A DNA stretch of 56,764 nucleotides from a virus (taxonomy: Duplodnaviria; Caudoviricetes), in the IMG/VR virus record IMGVR_UViG_3300033076_000855, positions 1 through 56,764 of that record; one strand, 5' to 3'. The translations under genes were made by a program, and so were the position numbers. Shown here piece by piece: positions 27,680-37,379 of this stretch. The stretch's first letter is position 1; the number at the start of each line of letters is the position of its first letter. The notes beneath the pieces are model-generated. The model was given only the letters and a program-made list of their open reading frames with translations. It was not told where the DNA came from and did no database searches.

Positions 27680-30217
27680 TCAGAAACAGAGTGCGGCAGC
27701 TTGTACGTCCGCGAGTGAGAGACCTGCGCTGCCCCAGACAGGGGCGGCTCCAGAGCCTTGGGAGAGGAGTGCTTGCCCCGCGGTGCCGTAGCTTGGTGAC
27801 GCGCCGATACCGAGCTGGCCAGCGGCACCAATGACGAAGCGCACCGTGTCGTTGGTGAAGAGGTTCAGCGGCTCGTTCGAGCGCATGCCAATCGAGCCGC
27901 TGCCGTTGCCGTTGATCAGCATGAACGACTTGAGCTTGTTGGTGCCCTCGTACAGGTCGATGCGGCCACGGTTGGTGTCGTTGGTGATCACGGCCGTGCC
28001 AGCGGTCCCGAGGCTCCAGGTGCCCGCCGCGTTCACGGTGCCCAGCGATGTCGATCCGGTGGTGTTGACGCCCGAGCGGTTGGCCTTGCCGAACACCAGC
28101 AGACCGCTGGCGCTCTGGGTGTAGTAGAACGGCGCGCTGGTGTCGCCAACGGTTGTGTCTTCCAGGTACACCGTGCCGTTGCCCGCGCCGCGGAACAGAC
28201 CCAAGCCCGTCACCTGCAGCGTTGCGCTTGCGCGGTCGGTCGTGTCGCCCAGCAAGAGGTGCTGATTGGAAAGAACGCGCCACGCCTCCGTGCCGCCGGT
28301 GGTGGCAGCGAAGATGTTGTCAGAGACCCAATAGAGGCCGGTGTTGGCATCACCGGAGAACGCCAAGCCGGGTGCTGTCACGCTGCCAACCGCGAGCGCC
28401 AAAGCGCCGGTCAGCGTGCCGCCGCTCAGCTGCAGATAGCCGGTCGCCGGGATGTACGAGGCGAGCCAAGCGGAGCCGTCGTACGCCTTCATGATCTTGG
28501 CCGTGCTGTTCCAGTACAGCGCGCCTTCAAGCAGTGGGTTGCCGTCGTTGTCAACGGTCGGGTCACTTGTCTTGCTGCCCAGGTAGCGGTCGTCGAACGC
28601 GTCGTAGCTGGCGGCAGCATTGGCCGCGCTGGTGGATGCTGCCGAGGCGCTTCCCGCTGCGGCCGTGGCGCTGCTGGCCGCTGCCGTGGCGCTGGTGGCC
28701 GCTGCGGATGCGGATGCCGCTGCCGACGTGGTCGAGCCAAACAGCGTGTCGATGTAGTTTTTGGTCGCGGCGTCCTGCGCGCTCGACGGGTCGCCCAGGC
28801 CGGTGATCCGGTTGGTGCCCATGGCGATGGCGCCGGACATCGTGCCGCCGGTCAGGGCCAGCAGGCCCGCGACGGTCGTGTCGATCTGCGTCTTGGTGTA
28901 GGCGTCGCTGATGCCGTACCCGGACAAGGTCGTGGGGTTGGTACCTGCAGTGACGCGGCCATAGATGTCGACGGTCACCGACTTGTAGGTCGAGGCAGTC
29001 ACGCCGGTCGTGGCCAGGTCGATGTTGTCCGCGTTCACCACGATGCGCGTACTGGACGCGGTGCCCACGTCCAGCGTGTTGCCGGTCTTGGTCAGGCCTG
29101 CGCCAGCGATAACCTGGCCAGCGCCCGAGAACTGCTCGAACGTGACTGCGGTGACGCCCAGCGTGCCGCTTGTCGAGACCGTGCACACCCAGCCGGAGTT
29201 GTCGTTGGTCGTGCCCTCTTCCACGAAGAAGAACGCGCCAGGGAACTCGGTCCAAGCGTCCATGTCGGCCGAGCGGGACCAGCTGCCAACAGCCACGACG
29301 TAGATGCCGTTGTTGGCCGCAGTGGACTGGTTCTTGACCAGCACGCGGTCGCCAGCCACCACGGAGACGCCGTCGATGGTCTGCGTGCCCGACAGCGTCA
29401 GGTTGCCCGTGGACGCCACGCGCACGCTGGCCTTGGGGTCCAAGCCCTGGGCCACGCTGTCCACATAGTTCTTGGTGGCGGCGTCCTGGGCGCTCGATGG
29501 GTCGCCCAGCCCGGTGATCCGGTTGGTGCCCATGGCAATGGCGCCGGACATCGTGCCGCCAGCAGTGGACAGCTTGGTCGCGACCTGGGTGTCGACGTAG
29601 CCCTTGTTGGCCGCGTCGCCGGAGTTGGTCGGCGTGGTCAGGTTGATGATGGTCGCCGAGCTGCCAGCGTCCATGTCCAGCGAGCCGCTGATCGTGACGT
29701 TGTTGAACGTCGAGGTGCCCGAGGCAGCGGTGACGTTGCCCGTCAGGTTGCCGGTCACGTTGCCCGTGACGTTGCCCGTCAGGTTGCCGGTCACGTTGCC
29801 GGTCAGGTTGCCGGTGAACCCCGAGTTGGCCGCCACGGTGGTGAAGTAGCCAGCTGCACGGGTCGTGCCGCCGATGATCGTGTTGTCGATGACGCCGCCA
29901 CCGATGGTGACATTCGTGCCGATGTTTGCCGCACCGTTGGCCGACAGGGTCGTGAAGTTACCGGCTGCGCGCGTCGTGGCGCCGATCGGCGTGCTGTCGA
30001 TGGTGGAGCTGGTGATCGCAAGCGCCTGCAGCGCGGAGGATGCGACAAGCGCCGTTCCGGCGCTGTTGACCATGGCGACCTGGTACGCGTTGCCCGACAG
30101 TGTGGGCAGCTTGGCAAAGCCGCTGGTGATGAGTTCCAGCTCCGCACGCAGCTGCGCCGAGGAGCCGGGGGAGTTGGGAGACGGGTAAGACCCGTGGTTG
30201 TAGTAGCTGTTTGGCAT
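27680..30217 (-). CDS. Tail fibre protein
   Basis: GNLTGNVT repeats, DAATKNY repeats, LTLSGTQTIDGV...GDRVLVKNQ block, FDDRYLG. Confidence 0.88.
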   Translation of the reverse strand: MPNSYYNHGSYPSPNSPGSSAQLRAELELITSGFAKLPTLSGNAYQVAMVNSAGTALVASSALQALAITSSTIDSTPIGATTRAAGNFTTLSANGAANIGTNVTIGGGVIDNTIIGGTTRAAGYFTTVAANSGFTGNLTGNVTGNLTGNVTGNVTGNLTGNVTAASGTSTFNNVTISGSLDMDAGSSATIINLTTPTNSGDAANKGYVDTQVATKLSTAGGTMSGAIAMGTNRITGLGDPSSAQDAATKNYVDSVAQGLDPKASVRVASTGNLTLSGTQTIDGVSVVAGDRVLVKNQSTAANNGIYVVAVGSWSRSADMDAWTEFPGAFFFVEEGTTNDNSGWVCTVSTSGTLGVTAVTFEQFSGAGQVIAGAGLTKTGNTLDVGTASSTRIVVNADNIDLATTGVTASTYKSVTVDIYGRVTAGTNPTTLSGYGISDAYTKTQIDTTVAGLLALTGGTMSGAIAMGTNRITGLGDPSSAQDAATKNYIDTLFGSTTSAAASASAAATSATAAASSATAAAGSASAASTSAANAAASYDAFDDRYLGSKTSDPTVDNDGNPLLEGALYWNSTAKIMKAYDGSAWLASYIPATGYLQLSGGTLTGALALAVGSVTAPGLAFSGDANTGLYWVSDNIFAATTGGTEAWRVLSNQHLLLGDTTDRASATLQVTGLGLFRGAGNGTVYLEDTTVGDTSAPFYYTQSASGLLVFGKANRSGVNTTGSTSLGTVNAAGTWSLGTAGTAVITNDTNRGRIDLYEGTNKLKSFMLINGNGSGSIGMRSNEPLNLFTNDTVRFVIGAAGQLGIGASPSYGTAGQALLSQGSGAAPVWGSAGLSLADVQAAALCF
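29733..29817. repeat. 12-bp tandem coding repeat (GN[L/V]T)n
   Basis: Repeated GTTGCC(C/G)GT(CA/GA) units. Confidence 0.85.
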
Positions 30218-32022
30218 TATCGAATCCCTCGGCGCGGGGTGTAGTGAACGATGATGTTGTTCACGGTGAAGGGCTGCAGGATCGCGCTCACGCTGGCGAT
30301 TCGAATCGCCATGTTCTCTGCGGTGCCACTGACTTCAATTTCGGACGGCGAGACCTCGCTGCCGTCCCAGACAAAGTTGTCCCAGGCCATGCTGTCCCAG
30401 TAGCTCGAACGCAGGTCCGAGCTGTAGGAACCGTCCGCGGCCTGGTCGAGATACGGTGTGCGGTATCCCAGGTCGTAACCGAACTGGAACTCGGCATAGC
30501 TGTCGCCGGTCAGCTCCACGCTCGCTTTGCGGTAGCGCTTGAGCAGGCGCGGCGAGCCGATCGAGTTGTAGACCAGGTTGATGTTGGCTGGGATCGGCAG
30601 GCCGTCGAACGACGTGCCCGCGTCCAGGCGGTACACGAAGCCGTTGTTCGACCCGAAGAACGAGGTGGCCGAGCCGTCAGGCGACTCGCCCTCGACGATG
30701 CAGGTGACCGGGTTGAGGAACTGGATCGGCATCGAGCCGATCAGCTTGCCGTTCAGGAACGTCATGTACAGGGCGTTCGCGTCGCTGAAGAACACGCGGT
30801 ACTGACCCTTCTCGCGGTTGAGCGAGCTGCCCGAGGCGAGGTTGCGGCGCGCCTGCACGAAAGGGCGAATGGCCATCGTCAGGGACGCGGGCGTGAAGTT
30901 GCCGAAGTTCAGCGACGTGCCCAGGCTCATGACGCCGCGATCGTCCAGCACGTAGGCCTGGTCCATGTTCTGCGCGGTGTAGGCGATGGCACCCGTGCCG
31001 GTGTTGAACGCAGCCAGCTGGAAGTTGGACGTGTCGGTGCCGTAGAGCACCGAGGTGTCGTTGCGTGTGTAGACCGCCAGGGCGCCGCTCGACTGATCGC
31101 CGGGCAGCACCAGCAGGTTGGTGACCGGGCCGTTCAGGGCGATCTCGCCCGCGCCCAAGATCGGGGTCCACGACAAGGGGTCACCCAGCGCCGAGAACTG
31201 CAGCGAGGCGCCGAAGCTCAGAAACAGGTGCTGCTTGTGAAATGCGATGTGCTCTGGCGTGTCGGTGGTCATCCCAGTGGTGATCTGGGTGAACGTCGTG
31301 CCGTCGAACTCGAAGGCCTTGTTCTTGCCGTCGCAGCCGTAGAGCTTGTAGTTGGCCGTGCCACCGCCGAAGTTGGCGACCACGACCTCGTAGCGGCCAC
31401 CGGGGGCCAGGGTCGGCGTGGTGACCGCCTGCCAGCCGGTGGAGCTGCTCTTGTACATCTTGGCCTCGGTGCCGCCGATGTTGTTGCGCCAGGCGTAGAC
31501 CGTGCCGTTGTAGAACGCCACGCCCAGGATCGAGCCGGAGCCTGGGACAGCGGAGATGCTGGCGCGGTAATCGTCGGCCGCCAGGCCCTTGTATGTCGCG
31601 TCCTTGAGACCGTCGCGATCGACGCCCTGCACCAGGTCGATCGTGCCTTTGCCGACGCCGCCCACGGCGATGCCCTCGCCACTCAGGAATGCGTTGGTCT
31701 CACGCGTGATGATGATGTTGCTGCCGTCGACGGCGATAACCTTGCCGGTCGATCCACTGGCCTGGCCCTGCACGGTCTGGCCGACCGTGATCGGCGCACT
31801 GAGCGTGCAGACCAGGATGTTGTAGTTCGCGTCGGAGGGGTTGGCGTGGCCGTCGAAGCGCTCGTACCCGGCGATGCGGGTGTAGCCGCCCGTGATGCTG
31901 GCCTCGAAGTTGGCAGCGCGGCGGACCACACCGGGCTTGAGCGACAGCGTCGGCGTGACCTGATCAAAGCCGCCGCGCAGCTGGATCAGGTCGTATTTGA
32001 TGGGAGGGGTCTGCAGCGGCAT
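30217..32022 (-). CDS. Tail tubular protein B / nozzle (beta-propeller)
   Basis: 601 aa, beta-rich, after the adaptor gene, as in podovirus gene order. Confidence 0.7.
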   Translation of the reverse strand: MPLQTPPIKYDLIQLRGGFDQVTPTLSLKPGVVRRAANFEASITGGYTRIAGYERFDGHANPSDANYNILVCTLSAPITVGQTVQGQASGSTGKVIAVDGSNIIITRETNAFLSGEGIAVGGVGKGTIDLVQGVDRDGLKDATYKGLAADDYRASISAVPGSGSILGVAFYNGTVYAWRNNIGGTEAKMYKSSSTGWQAVTTPTLAPGGRYEVVVANFGGGTANYKLYGCDGKNKAFEFDGTTFTQITTGMTTDTPEHIAFHKQHLFLSFGASLQFSALGDPLSWTPILGAGEIALNGPVTNLLVLPGDQSSGALAVYTRNDTSVLYGTDTSNFQLAAFNTGTGAIAYTAQNMDQAYVLDDRGVMSLGTSLNFGNFTPASLTMAIRPFVQARRNLASGSSLNREKGQYRVFFSDANALYMTFLNGKLIGSMPIQFLNPVTCIVEGESPDGSATSFFGSNNGFVYRLDAGTSFDGLPIPANINLVYNSIGSPRLLKRYRKASVELTGDSYAEFQFGYDLGYRTPYLDQAADGSYSSDLRSSYWDSMAWDNFVWDGSEVSPSEIEVSGTAENMAIRIASVSAILQPFTVNNIIVHYTPRRGIR

Positions 32023-32033
32023 CTGCTACCCCA

Positions 32034-32720
32034 TCAGGCCAGAGGCGGCCCGCTGACGATGGTCGGCAGCTGGTCCACCTCCATGCGCTTGTAGAGCCGG
32101 TTGTATTCGGTCTCGCCGCGCTGGTAGACCTCGTTGGCTGCCTCGAACCCCGCGTAGTACAGCATCGCCCGGTAGACCAGCAGCATGTGGAACCGGTCGG
32201 GAATGTTGGGGGTGTCGGTGTCGGCGCTCAGCTCCACGGGCTTCGTGTAGTACTGCGCGTCGATGACGTAGGCCTGGTCGGGGACCGAGCCGAACGCCAG
32301 ACTCTTGTCAGGGGTGATGGAGACCACCACGGGCCGCGCATAGGTCGTGCGCATGTTCCCGTACTTGTACAGATTCCTGTACGTGGGGTACTCCATGAAA
32401 TTCATGAGCTGCTCGTCGGCGTAGTTGGCGCCGACTGAAGAGCAGCGGAAGCTGTCACGCTTCCAGTTGGCGAACGTGGCGCCAACGCCCGCGTCGCTTG
32501 CCGAGTACTCGGCCACCTGCGCGGTGACGTTGAAGTTGAAGTCCTCCAGCATGAACTGCCAGTCGTCCTTGGACGTCTGCAGATCAACCCAGGCGGTGTT
32601 GATCCAGGCCGCAATGCGCGCGGCTTCCCCGGTCACGTTCTGCACCGTGGTGAGCGGTACGGAAGCGCCGGAGACGCCGCACTCGACGCGAGCGCGGTTG
32701 ACAAGCTGGAGGTAGTTCAT
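32034..32720 (-). CDS. Tail tubular protein A / head-tail adaptor
   Basis: MNYLQLVNRAR start; DTPNIPDRFHMLLVYRA. Confidence 0.75.
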   Translation of the reverse strand: MNYLQLVNRARVECGVSGASVPLTTVQNVTGEAARIAAWINTAWVDLQTSKDDWQFMLEDFNFNVTAQVAEYSASDAGVGATFANWKRDSFRCSSVGANYADEQLMNFMEYPTYRNLYKYGNMRTTYARPVVVSITPDKSLAFGSVPDQAYVIDAQYYTKPVELSADTDTPNIPDRFHMLLVYRAMLYYAGFEAANEVYQRGETEYNRLYKRMEVDQLPTIVSGPPLA

Positions 32721-32722
32721 CT

Positions 32723-33148
32723 TCAGGCGGGTTCAGCGAGGACGTTCTGCAGCCATGCACGGCCGCGGGGGTTCGCGTCATTGACGAGGTCGAACGGATA
32801 GACGAGGCCGTGACGGGCGCGCATCTCCGAGACGTCAGGCGCAGCCGGGTTGGGCGTCACCTGGGTGTACTTGGTCTCCTTCATGCGGGCCAGAATCTCG
32901 ACGTACTTGCGACGCATCGAGATGTCCACGCCGCGGATGACGGGCTGGTTCACGCCGTTGCAGTTCAGGATGAACTGGGGCGCTTGGTTTTCGTCGGTCG
33001 TGCTGTGGACGTGGACGGTCACGAACTCATTCATGAACGCCTCGTCAGCAGCGAGCTGACGGAAGTCGCGGGACTCCGCAACGGTTTCGACGACGGGGGT
33101 GTCGTCAACGAGGTCGATGCCCTCAATGGGGCCTTTCTTATTTGCCAT
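32723..33148 (-). CDS. Conserved hypothetical protein after the capsid genes
   Basis: NGVNQPVIRG...RKYVEILAR. Confidence 0.7.
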   Translation of the reverse strand: MANKKGPIEGIDLVDDTPVVETVAESRDFRQLAADEAFMNEFVTVHVHSTTDENQAPQFILNCNGVNQPVIRGVDISMRRKYVEILARMKETKYTQVTPNPAAPDVSEMRARHGLVYPFDLVNDANPRGRAWLQNVLAEPA

Positions 33149-33184
33149 CTCAATGCTCCGGTTGTGGTTGAAAAACGGTGTGCC

Positions 33185-33213
33185 AAAAAGAGAGGCGCCC
33201 GAAGGCGCCTCTC
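33185..33213 (-). terminator. Intrinsic terminator after the capsid genes
   Basis: GAGAGGCGCC-TTCG-GGCGCCTCTC hairpin with TTTT on the minus strand. Confidence 0.8.
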
Positions 33214-33253
33214 ATGAAGTCCCCAAGGAGGTTATTGGGGAGATGGCAACTGA

Positions 33254-33682
33254 TCAGAGTGCCGTGCCAGGCATGGAAGCCACGTCGAAGTACGTCGCGG
33301 TGTTTCCGGTGCCGAGGCTGGTAGTGCCGGGGGTGAACACGCTGGAAGCCTGCACCTTGGCCAGACCGACGACGGTCAGGTTGGCAGCCGGGGCGGTGGG
33401 CACCGGGCAGGGATCAGCGGAGTCCACGATCGGACCCATGGCGGTGGACACGTTGCCAGCACCGTCCAGGAACACGCCGATCAGGGCGGCCTTGCCAGCA
33501 GCGATGACGGGCAGGCCAGTCAGGCTGATAGCGGCGACAGCGGTCTTCGACTTGAAGACGCCGTTGTTCAGGTAGGTGATGGTGTTGACGGTTTTCAGCT
33601 GCGAGGCAGTGTTGCCAGCGGCCAGGCCACCGGCAGTCAGGGCCAAGTAGCCGCTGTTCGAGTCGGAAAGGTTGTAAGACAT
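33254..33682 (-). CDS. Capsid decoration/minor virion protein
   Basis: Directly after the MCP cluster; small-residue rich. Confidence 0.6.
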   Translation of the reverse strand: MSYNLSDSNSGYLALTAGGLAAGNTASQLKTVNTITYLNNGVFKSKTAVAAISLTGLPVIAAGKAALIGVFLDGAGNVSTAMGPIVDSADPCPVPTAPAANLTVVGLAKVQASSVFTPGTTSLGTGNTATYFDVASMPGTAL

Positions 33683-33694
33683 GAGGGTTGCTCC

Positions 33695-33904
33695 TTAAGC
33701 AGTCGTGTTGAGGGTGCCCATGGTGCTGGCGTTGGCGGCACCAGAGGTGCCAGAGCCAGTGGTGATGCCGCCGTGGGTGTGTGCGTTGATCGCGGTGCGC
33801 AGCGCGGCCAGGTCGACGAGGATCGACTGCAGCAGAGCACGCAGCTCGCCGCTGGTCAGATCGTCAGGGACGAAGGCCAAGCGCTGGTTGATGGATTCAG
33901 CCAT
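33695..33904 (-). CDS. Small virion protein (head-fibre-like)
   Basis: AGGAG RBS; NAHTHGG motif. Confidence 0.6.
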   Translation of the reverse strand: MAESINQRLAFVPDDLTSGELRALLQSILVDLAALRTAINAHTHGGITTGSGTSGAANASTMGTLNTTA

Positions 33905-33952
33905 GTGGTTCTCCTTGGTTCAGTGGGCCGAGGTCACCCTCGGCCCAGCTCA

Positions 33953-35011
33953 TCACAGAGCGGTCACGCCGCACTCGATACGAGCCATGAAGGCGTCGTT
34001 CAAGCGCACGGTGGCGAACCAGGTGGAAGCGCCCACGAAGCCGAACTGGCCCAGGGGGTTGGCGTGGTTGGTCTGGCTGGCCTTCAGGACGACCGGCTTG
34101 ATGGCCGACATGCCCTTCAGAGCGACCTGGCCCCATGCGTCTTCACCGATGATGATGAAGGGGTACACGTCCACGTTCGAGCCACCGACCGACAGCATGC
34201 CGTTCAGCGTGCTGGAACCAGCAGCGGCGAAGGACTTCAGCAGCGGAGAGCTGATGAAGCGGAAGTCTTCGCACGCGCCGACTTCGCGGTCGTGGATGGG
34301 CTTGAACGAGCCGTAATCTTCCACGCGGGTGAAGCCGGGCAGGTTACGGATGTCGCTCACGGCGTCGGTGTGCACGAACACCACGTAGGCGGGCTGCACA
34401 GCGCGAGTGCCGAAGTTGACGCCAGGAGCCAGGCGGCTGGTCACGCGACGAGAGCGGTTGGATTCCAGCGTACGGGCGGCCTTGCGCAGAGCGTTCAGGC
34501 TGATGGCGGTGTTGATGCCCGAGCGGCTGGAGCCGTTCGAGTAGATCACGGTGGAACCGGCCTTCAGCACGCCGTAGCGCACCATCTCCATCACCTCGGC
34601 CAGGGTCTCGCCAGTCAGCTTGACCATCTCGCCGGGGATGTCGTCTTCGTACAGCATCTCGACTTTGGAGCTGTACTTGAACAGCACGCCGTATTGCTGC
34701 AGGGTCACCGTCACGTCCTGGAAGGAGATCGTGTTGGCGTTGGGGGTAGCACCTTCGGCCAACACGAAGTTGGACGCAGTGATGTCAGGCGTACCGACGT
34801 AGCGGTTGGAGCCTTCGATCGCAGTGCCGGTGGCCGAAGCGCCGAAAGGCAGAGTGCGACGGAACACCAGGGTGTCAGTCGAGTTCTGCGGCATTTCGCG
34901 TTGCGTGCCGAAGTCACCGAGAACGGTGATGGGTTGGGCGTGTTCAAGCATGCCCTGAGCTGCGCGAATCAGATTTCGCGAAGCTACGGTGCCGTAGTTT
35001 TGCATGGCCAT
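33953..35011 (-). CDS. Major capsid protein, N4-gp56 family
   Basis: MPQNSTDTLVFRR, LAEGATP, LQQYG, NPLGQFGFVG. Confidence 0.9.
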   Translation of the reverse strand: MAMQNYGTVASRNLIRAAQGMLEHAQPITVLGDFGTQREMPQNSTDTLVFRRTLPFGASATGTAIEGSNRYVGTPDITASNFVLAEGATPNANTISFQDVTVTLQQYGVLFKYSSKVEMLYEDDIPGEMVKLTGETLAEVMEMVRYGVLKAGSTVIYSNGSSRSGINTAISLNALRKAARTLESNRSRRVTSRLAPGVNFGTRAVQPAYVVFVHTDAVSDIRNLPGFTRVEDYGSFKPIHDREVGACEDFRFISSPLLKSFAAAGSSTLNGMLSVGGSNVDVYPFIIIGEDAWGQVALKGMSAIKPVVLKASQTNHANPLGQFGFVGASTWFATVRLNDAFMARIECGVTAL

Positions 35012-35043
35012 TTGGCTATTCCTTCAAAGTTGAAAATTGATGA

Positions 35044-35994
35044 TCAGAAGCCGCGCTGTTGGCGAGTCTTCTCGCGCTGCGCTGCTTCGTGGTTCCAGAG
35101 TTCTTCCGGGGTCAGGTCGTCCAGGCTCTTTGGGGGCTTGGTGACGCCGGGGCGAACGGTCGCGGCTGCCGCGAGGCGTGCTCCGCGCTCTTGCTTGACT
35201 TCCGACGCGGGGCGAGCCTTCGCTTGCTCGAACAGGTCGAGCATGCGGATGGCGTCCCGTGCGGCGGTGCTGGCGGAAAGGGCTTGCACATCGGCGGGCT
35301 GCATGGCGTACCACTGGGCGAACTCGGTCGTGTTGATCGTGTCCTTCCAGTTCTCATGCTTGCCTTCGATGCGGGCCTCTTCCAGGCGACGGGCGAACGT
35401 CTGTTCAACCTGGCCGACCTGCTGCTGGACATAACCGGCCACCTGTTCGGGTGTCAGCATCTGTCCTTGCGGCTTGACGGAGCCAAGCTGAGCGGCGACG
35501 TACTCTTCCATCGCGCCTGCCCACTCGGGGAAGTCCTGCTTGAGCTGCTCCCACTTCTCGGGGTTGTTGACTGCCTTGGCGATCTGTCCCTGGCTCGGCG
35601 CGTCTTGCGGGGCAACTGCAGATTGCGCCGCACGGCTTTGCTGGAACTCACGCTGCATGGCAGCCACGCGACCCTCAGCGGTCTTTACGTGGTGCAGCAG
35701 TTGGGCATTGGCCTGGGCCAGTTCGTCGATCTGGGCGAGCTTCGCCTTGACCGCGTCTGGCAGACCTTCAAACGGATCGGCAGCTGGCGGCTGGTCCTCT
35801 TGCGCGGCGGCTTGCGCTGCCTGGTCATCTGCGGGTGCGGGGTTGTCTTGCGGCGGGTTGTCGTCCGCGGCAATGGCCTGTTGCGCGTCGTTCGCGGGTG
35901 GATCACCGGCGTCGAGCTTTGCGGCCTCCTCGTTCCACAGGGACTGCATCTGGTCCTGCGTCAGTTGTTCTTCATCCATTCTGTTGCCCTCCAA
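35044..35994 (-). CDS. Scaffolding protein
   Basis: Acidic, helical, immediately upstream of the MCP. Confidence 0.75.
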   Translation of the reverse strand: MEGNRMDEEQLTQDQMQSLWNEEAAKLDAGDPPANDAQQAIAADDNPPQDNPAPADDQAAQAAAQEDQPPAADPFEGLPDAVKAKLAQIDELAQANAQLLHHVKTAEGRVAAMQREFQQSRAAQSAVAPQDAPSQGQIAKAVNNPEKWEQLKQDFPEWAGAMEEYVAAQLGSVKPQGQMLTPEQVAGYVQQQVGQVEQTFARRLEEARIEGKHENWKDTINTTEFAQWYAMQPADVQALSASTAARDAIRMLDLFEQAKARPASEVKQERGARLAAAATVRPGVTKPPKSLDDLTPEELWNHEAAQREKTRQQRGF

Positions 35995-36040
35995 AAACGA
36001 AAGCCGCCCGAAGGCGGCTCACTTGCCAGACCAACCGGGA

Positions 36041-36244
36041 TCATTCGTCCGGGCTGGCCACCACTTCCCGAGCTGCCGCTTGCGGCAGGTCGAGTAGTCT
36101 CTTCATGAAGCGAATCTCGCCGCGCAGTGCGGCGGTCTCGGCTTCACTCAAACCGACGGCGTCATTCTTTGCGCGAGCCTTGCCAAGCTCGGTCTCCACA
36201 AACTTGCGGAGCTGGTGCCATGTGTCGGTGTTGAAATTGATCAT
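36041..36244 (-). CDS. Small conserved protein (TAALRGEIRFMKRLL)
   Basis: Typical small gene between portal and scaffold. Confidence 0.7.
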   Translation of the reverse strand: MINFNTDTWHQLRKFVETELGKARAKNDAVGLSEAETAALRGEIRFMKRLLDLPQAAAREVVASPDE

Positions 36245-36340
36245 TGAAATGAAAAAGCCGCTGGGGTCGCCAGCGGCTTTGGGTATTCGTTGGGCGCACT
36301 CGCCCCCGGAAATTTTAGGTCAGGTCGCAGGCACACCAAA
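36245..36340 (-). promoter_or_regulatory. Late promoter module B (promoter plus terminator)
   Basis: TTTGGT-17-TAAAAT-TTCC-GGGGG, then AAAGCCGCTGG hairpin and TTTTTCATTTC. Confidence 0.7.
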
Positions 36341-36391
36341 CAGTGTTAAGCGAATGCCCGCTCATGCCTGCGCCCTGCCCTACGTCTGCCG

Positions 36392-36613
36392 TCACTTGTC
36401 GGCTTTGTTGTCCAGCTTGTCGAAGATTTGCCGGAGGATCAACTTCACCTCATCGATGTCGGAGCGGTAGTCCTGCTTGGCCACGTACTCCTTGGGCATC
36501 TCGGCCACCTTGTCTTCGAGCTTCTGAATCTTGCGCGTCACCCAGTTGAATACGAACACGGCGAGGAACCCCGCAATCGAGACGACGATGTTGAAGAGCT
36601 GCTGGTTGTCCAC
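36392..36613 (-). CDS. Small protein with one TM helix and a coiled coil
   Basis: N-terminal TM; EYVAKQDY...IFDKLDNKADK. Confidence 0.75.
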   Translation of the reverse strand: MDNQQLFNIVVSIAGFLAVFVFNWVTRKIQKLEDKVAEMPKEYVAKQDYRSDIDEVKLILRQIFDKLDNKADK

Positions 36614-36616
36614 GCC

Positions 36617-36997
36617 TTACTCCAGGTACTGCAGTTTGAAGTTGGTGCGCTGGAACAACTTGATGACCTCGTCGAGGGTGTTCTGCAGCGATGAATCGTC
36701 CGTCACGTCCTGACGGTTGTCCTGCACCCAGGCCTTGATCTGGCTGAGCACATCGCGAATTTCGCCCTCGTAGTCGTTGTCGATCAGAGGGATGTCCAGC
36801 AGGACTTCGTATTCGCCCTGGTAGCACTCCACGAAGTCGTCGGCCAGGCCGACCACCTCGTCATAGAACTTGCCCAGCGTGTCGTGCTCCCAGCCGCTGC
36901 CACGGCCCGTTGTGCGCAGGTGCGCACGGTGGGCGATGTCGCGGGCCAGGAAGAGGTGCGCAGCGAGGAGGCCCGCCTTCTTGTCGCTGTTGGCCAT
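36617..36997 (-). CDS. Ferritin/Dps-like four-helix protein (DUF5856-like)
   Basis: AHRAHL...EHDTLGKFYD...DDFVECYQG...LQNTLDE. Confidence 0.7.
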   Translation of the reverse strand: MANSDKKAGLLAAHLFLARDIAHRAHLRTTGRGSGWEHDTLGKFYDEVVGLADDFVECYQGEYEVLLDIPLIDNDYEGEIRDVLSQIKAWVQDNRQDVTDDSSLQNTLDEVIKLFQRTNFKLQYLE

Positions 36998-36999
36998 GA

Positions 37000-37362
37000 T
37001 CAGTAGCTCACTTTGTCGAACAGGGCGTGCAATGCCACGATGACCGTGATGGCGCTGCCGGTGCCGCCGCTGGTCGAGGGGCGGATGAACGCAGGGTTCT
37101 CGTTGACCGCGGCGATCGCGCCGGACGTGAACGAAGCAGCCGCAGTGCCGCCCTTCTTCGTCAGCTCGAACCAGCTTGCGCCGTCATTGGAACCCTGCAG
37201 CGCGACGGTCGCCCCGCCGAAGGTGCCAGACACCTGGAGGGTGATGTCGGTCGCAAAGGGCAGCGCGAAGGGGGTGCCGCTGTCAGCACCGCCCATTGGC
37301 CAGGTCACAAGGATGGCGCCGTTGACCGTGTTGCGGTCGGTGGTGTTGTTGATGGTTGCCAT
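37000..37362 (-). CDS. Small beta-sandwich virion protein
   Basis: GTFGGATVALQGSNDG..W. Confidence 0.7.
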   Translation of the reverse strand: MATINNTTDRNTVNGAILVTWPMGGADSGTPFALPFATDITLQVSGTFGGATVALQGSNDGASWFELTKKGGTAAASFTSGAIAAVNENPAFIRPSTSGGTGSAITVIVALHALFDKVSY

Positions 37363-37379
37363 GGGGTCTTCCTTTCAAG

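Noticed and set aside
25329-30217. Diversity-generating retroelement acting on the tail fibre
   Set aside because: No reverse transcriptase ORF is present; the one long repeat pair is intragenic, encodes identical peptides and is not an adenine-specific TR/VR pair.
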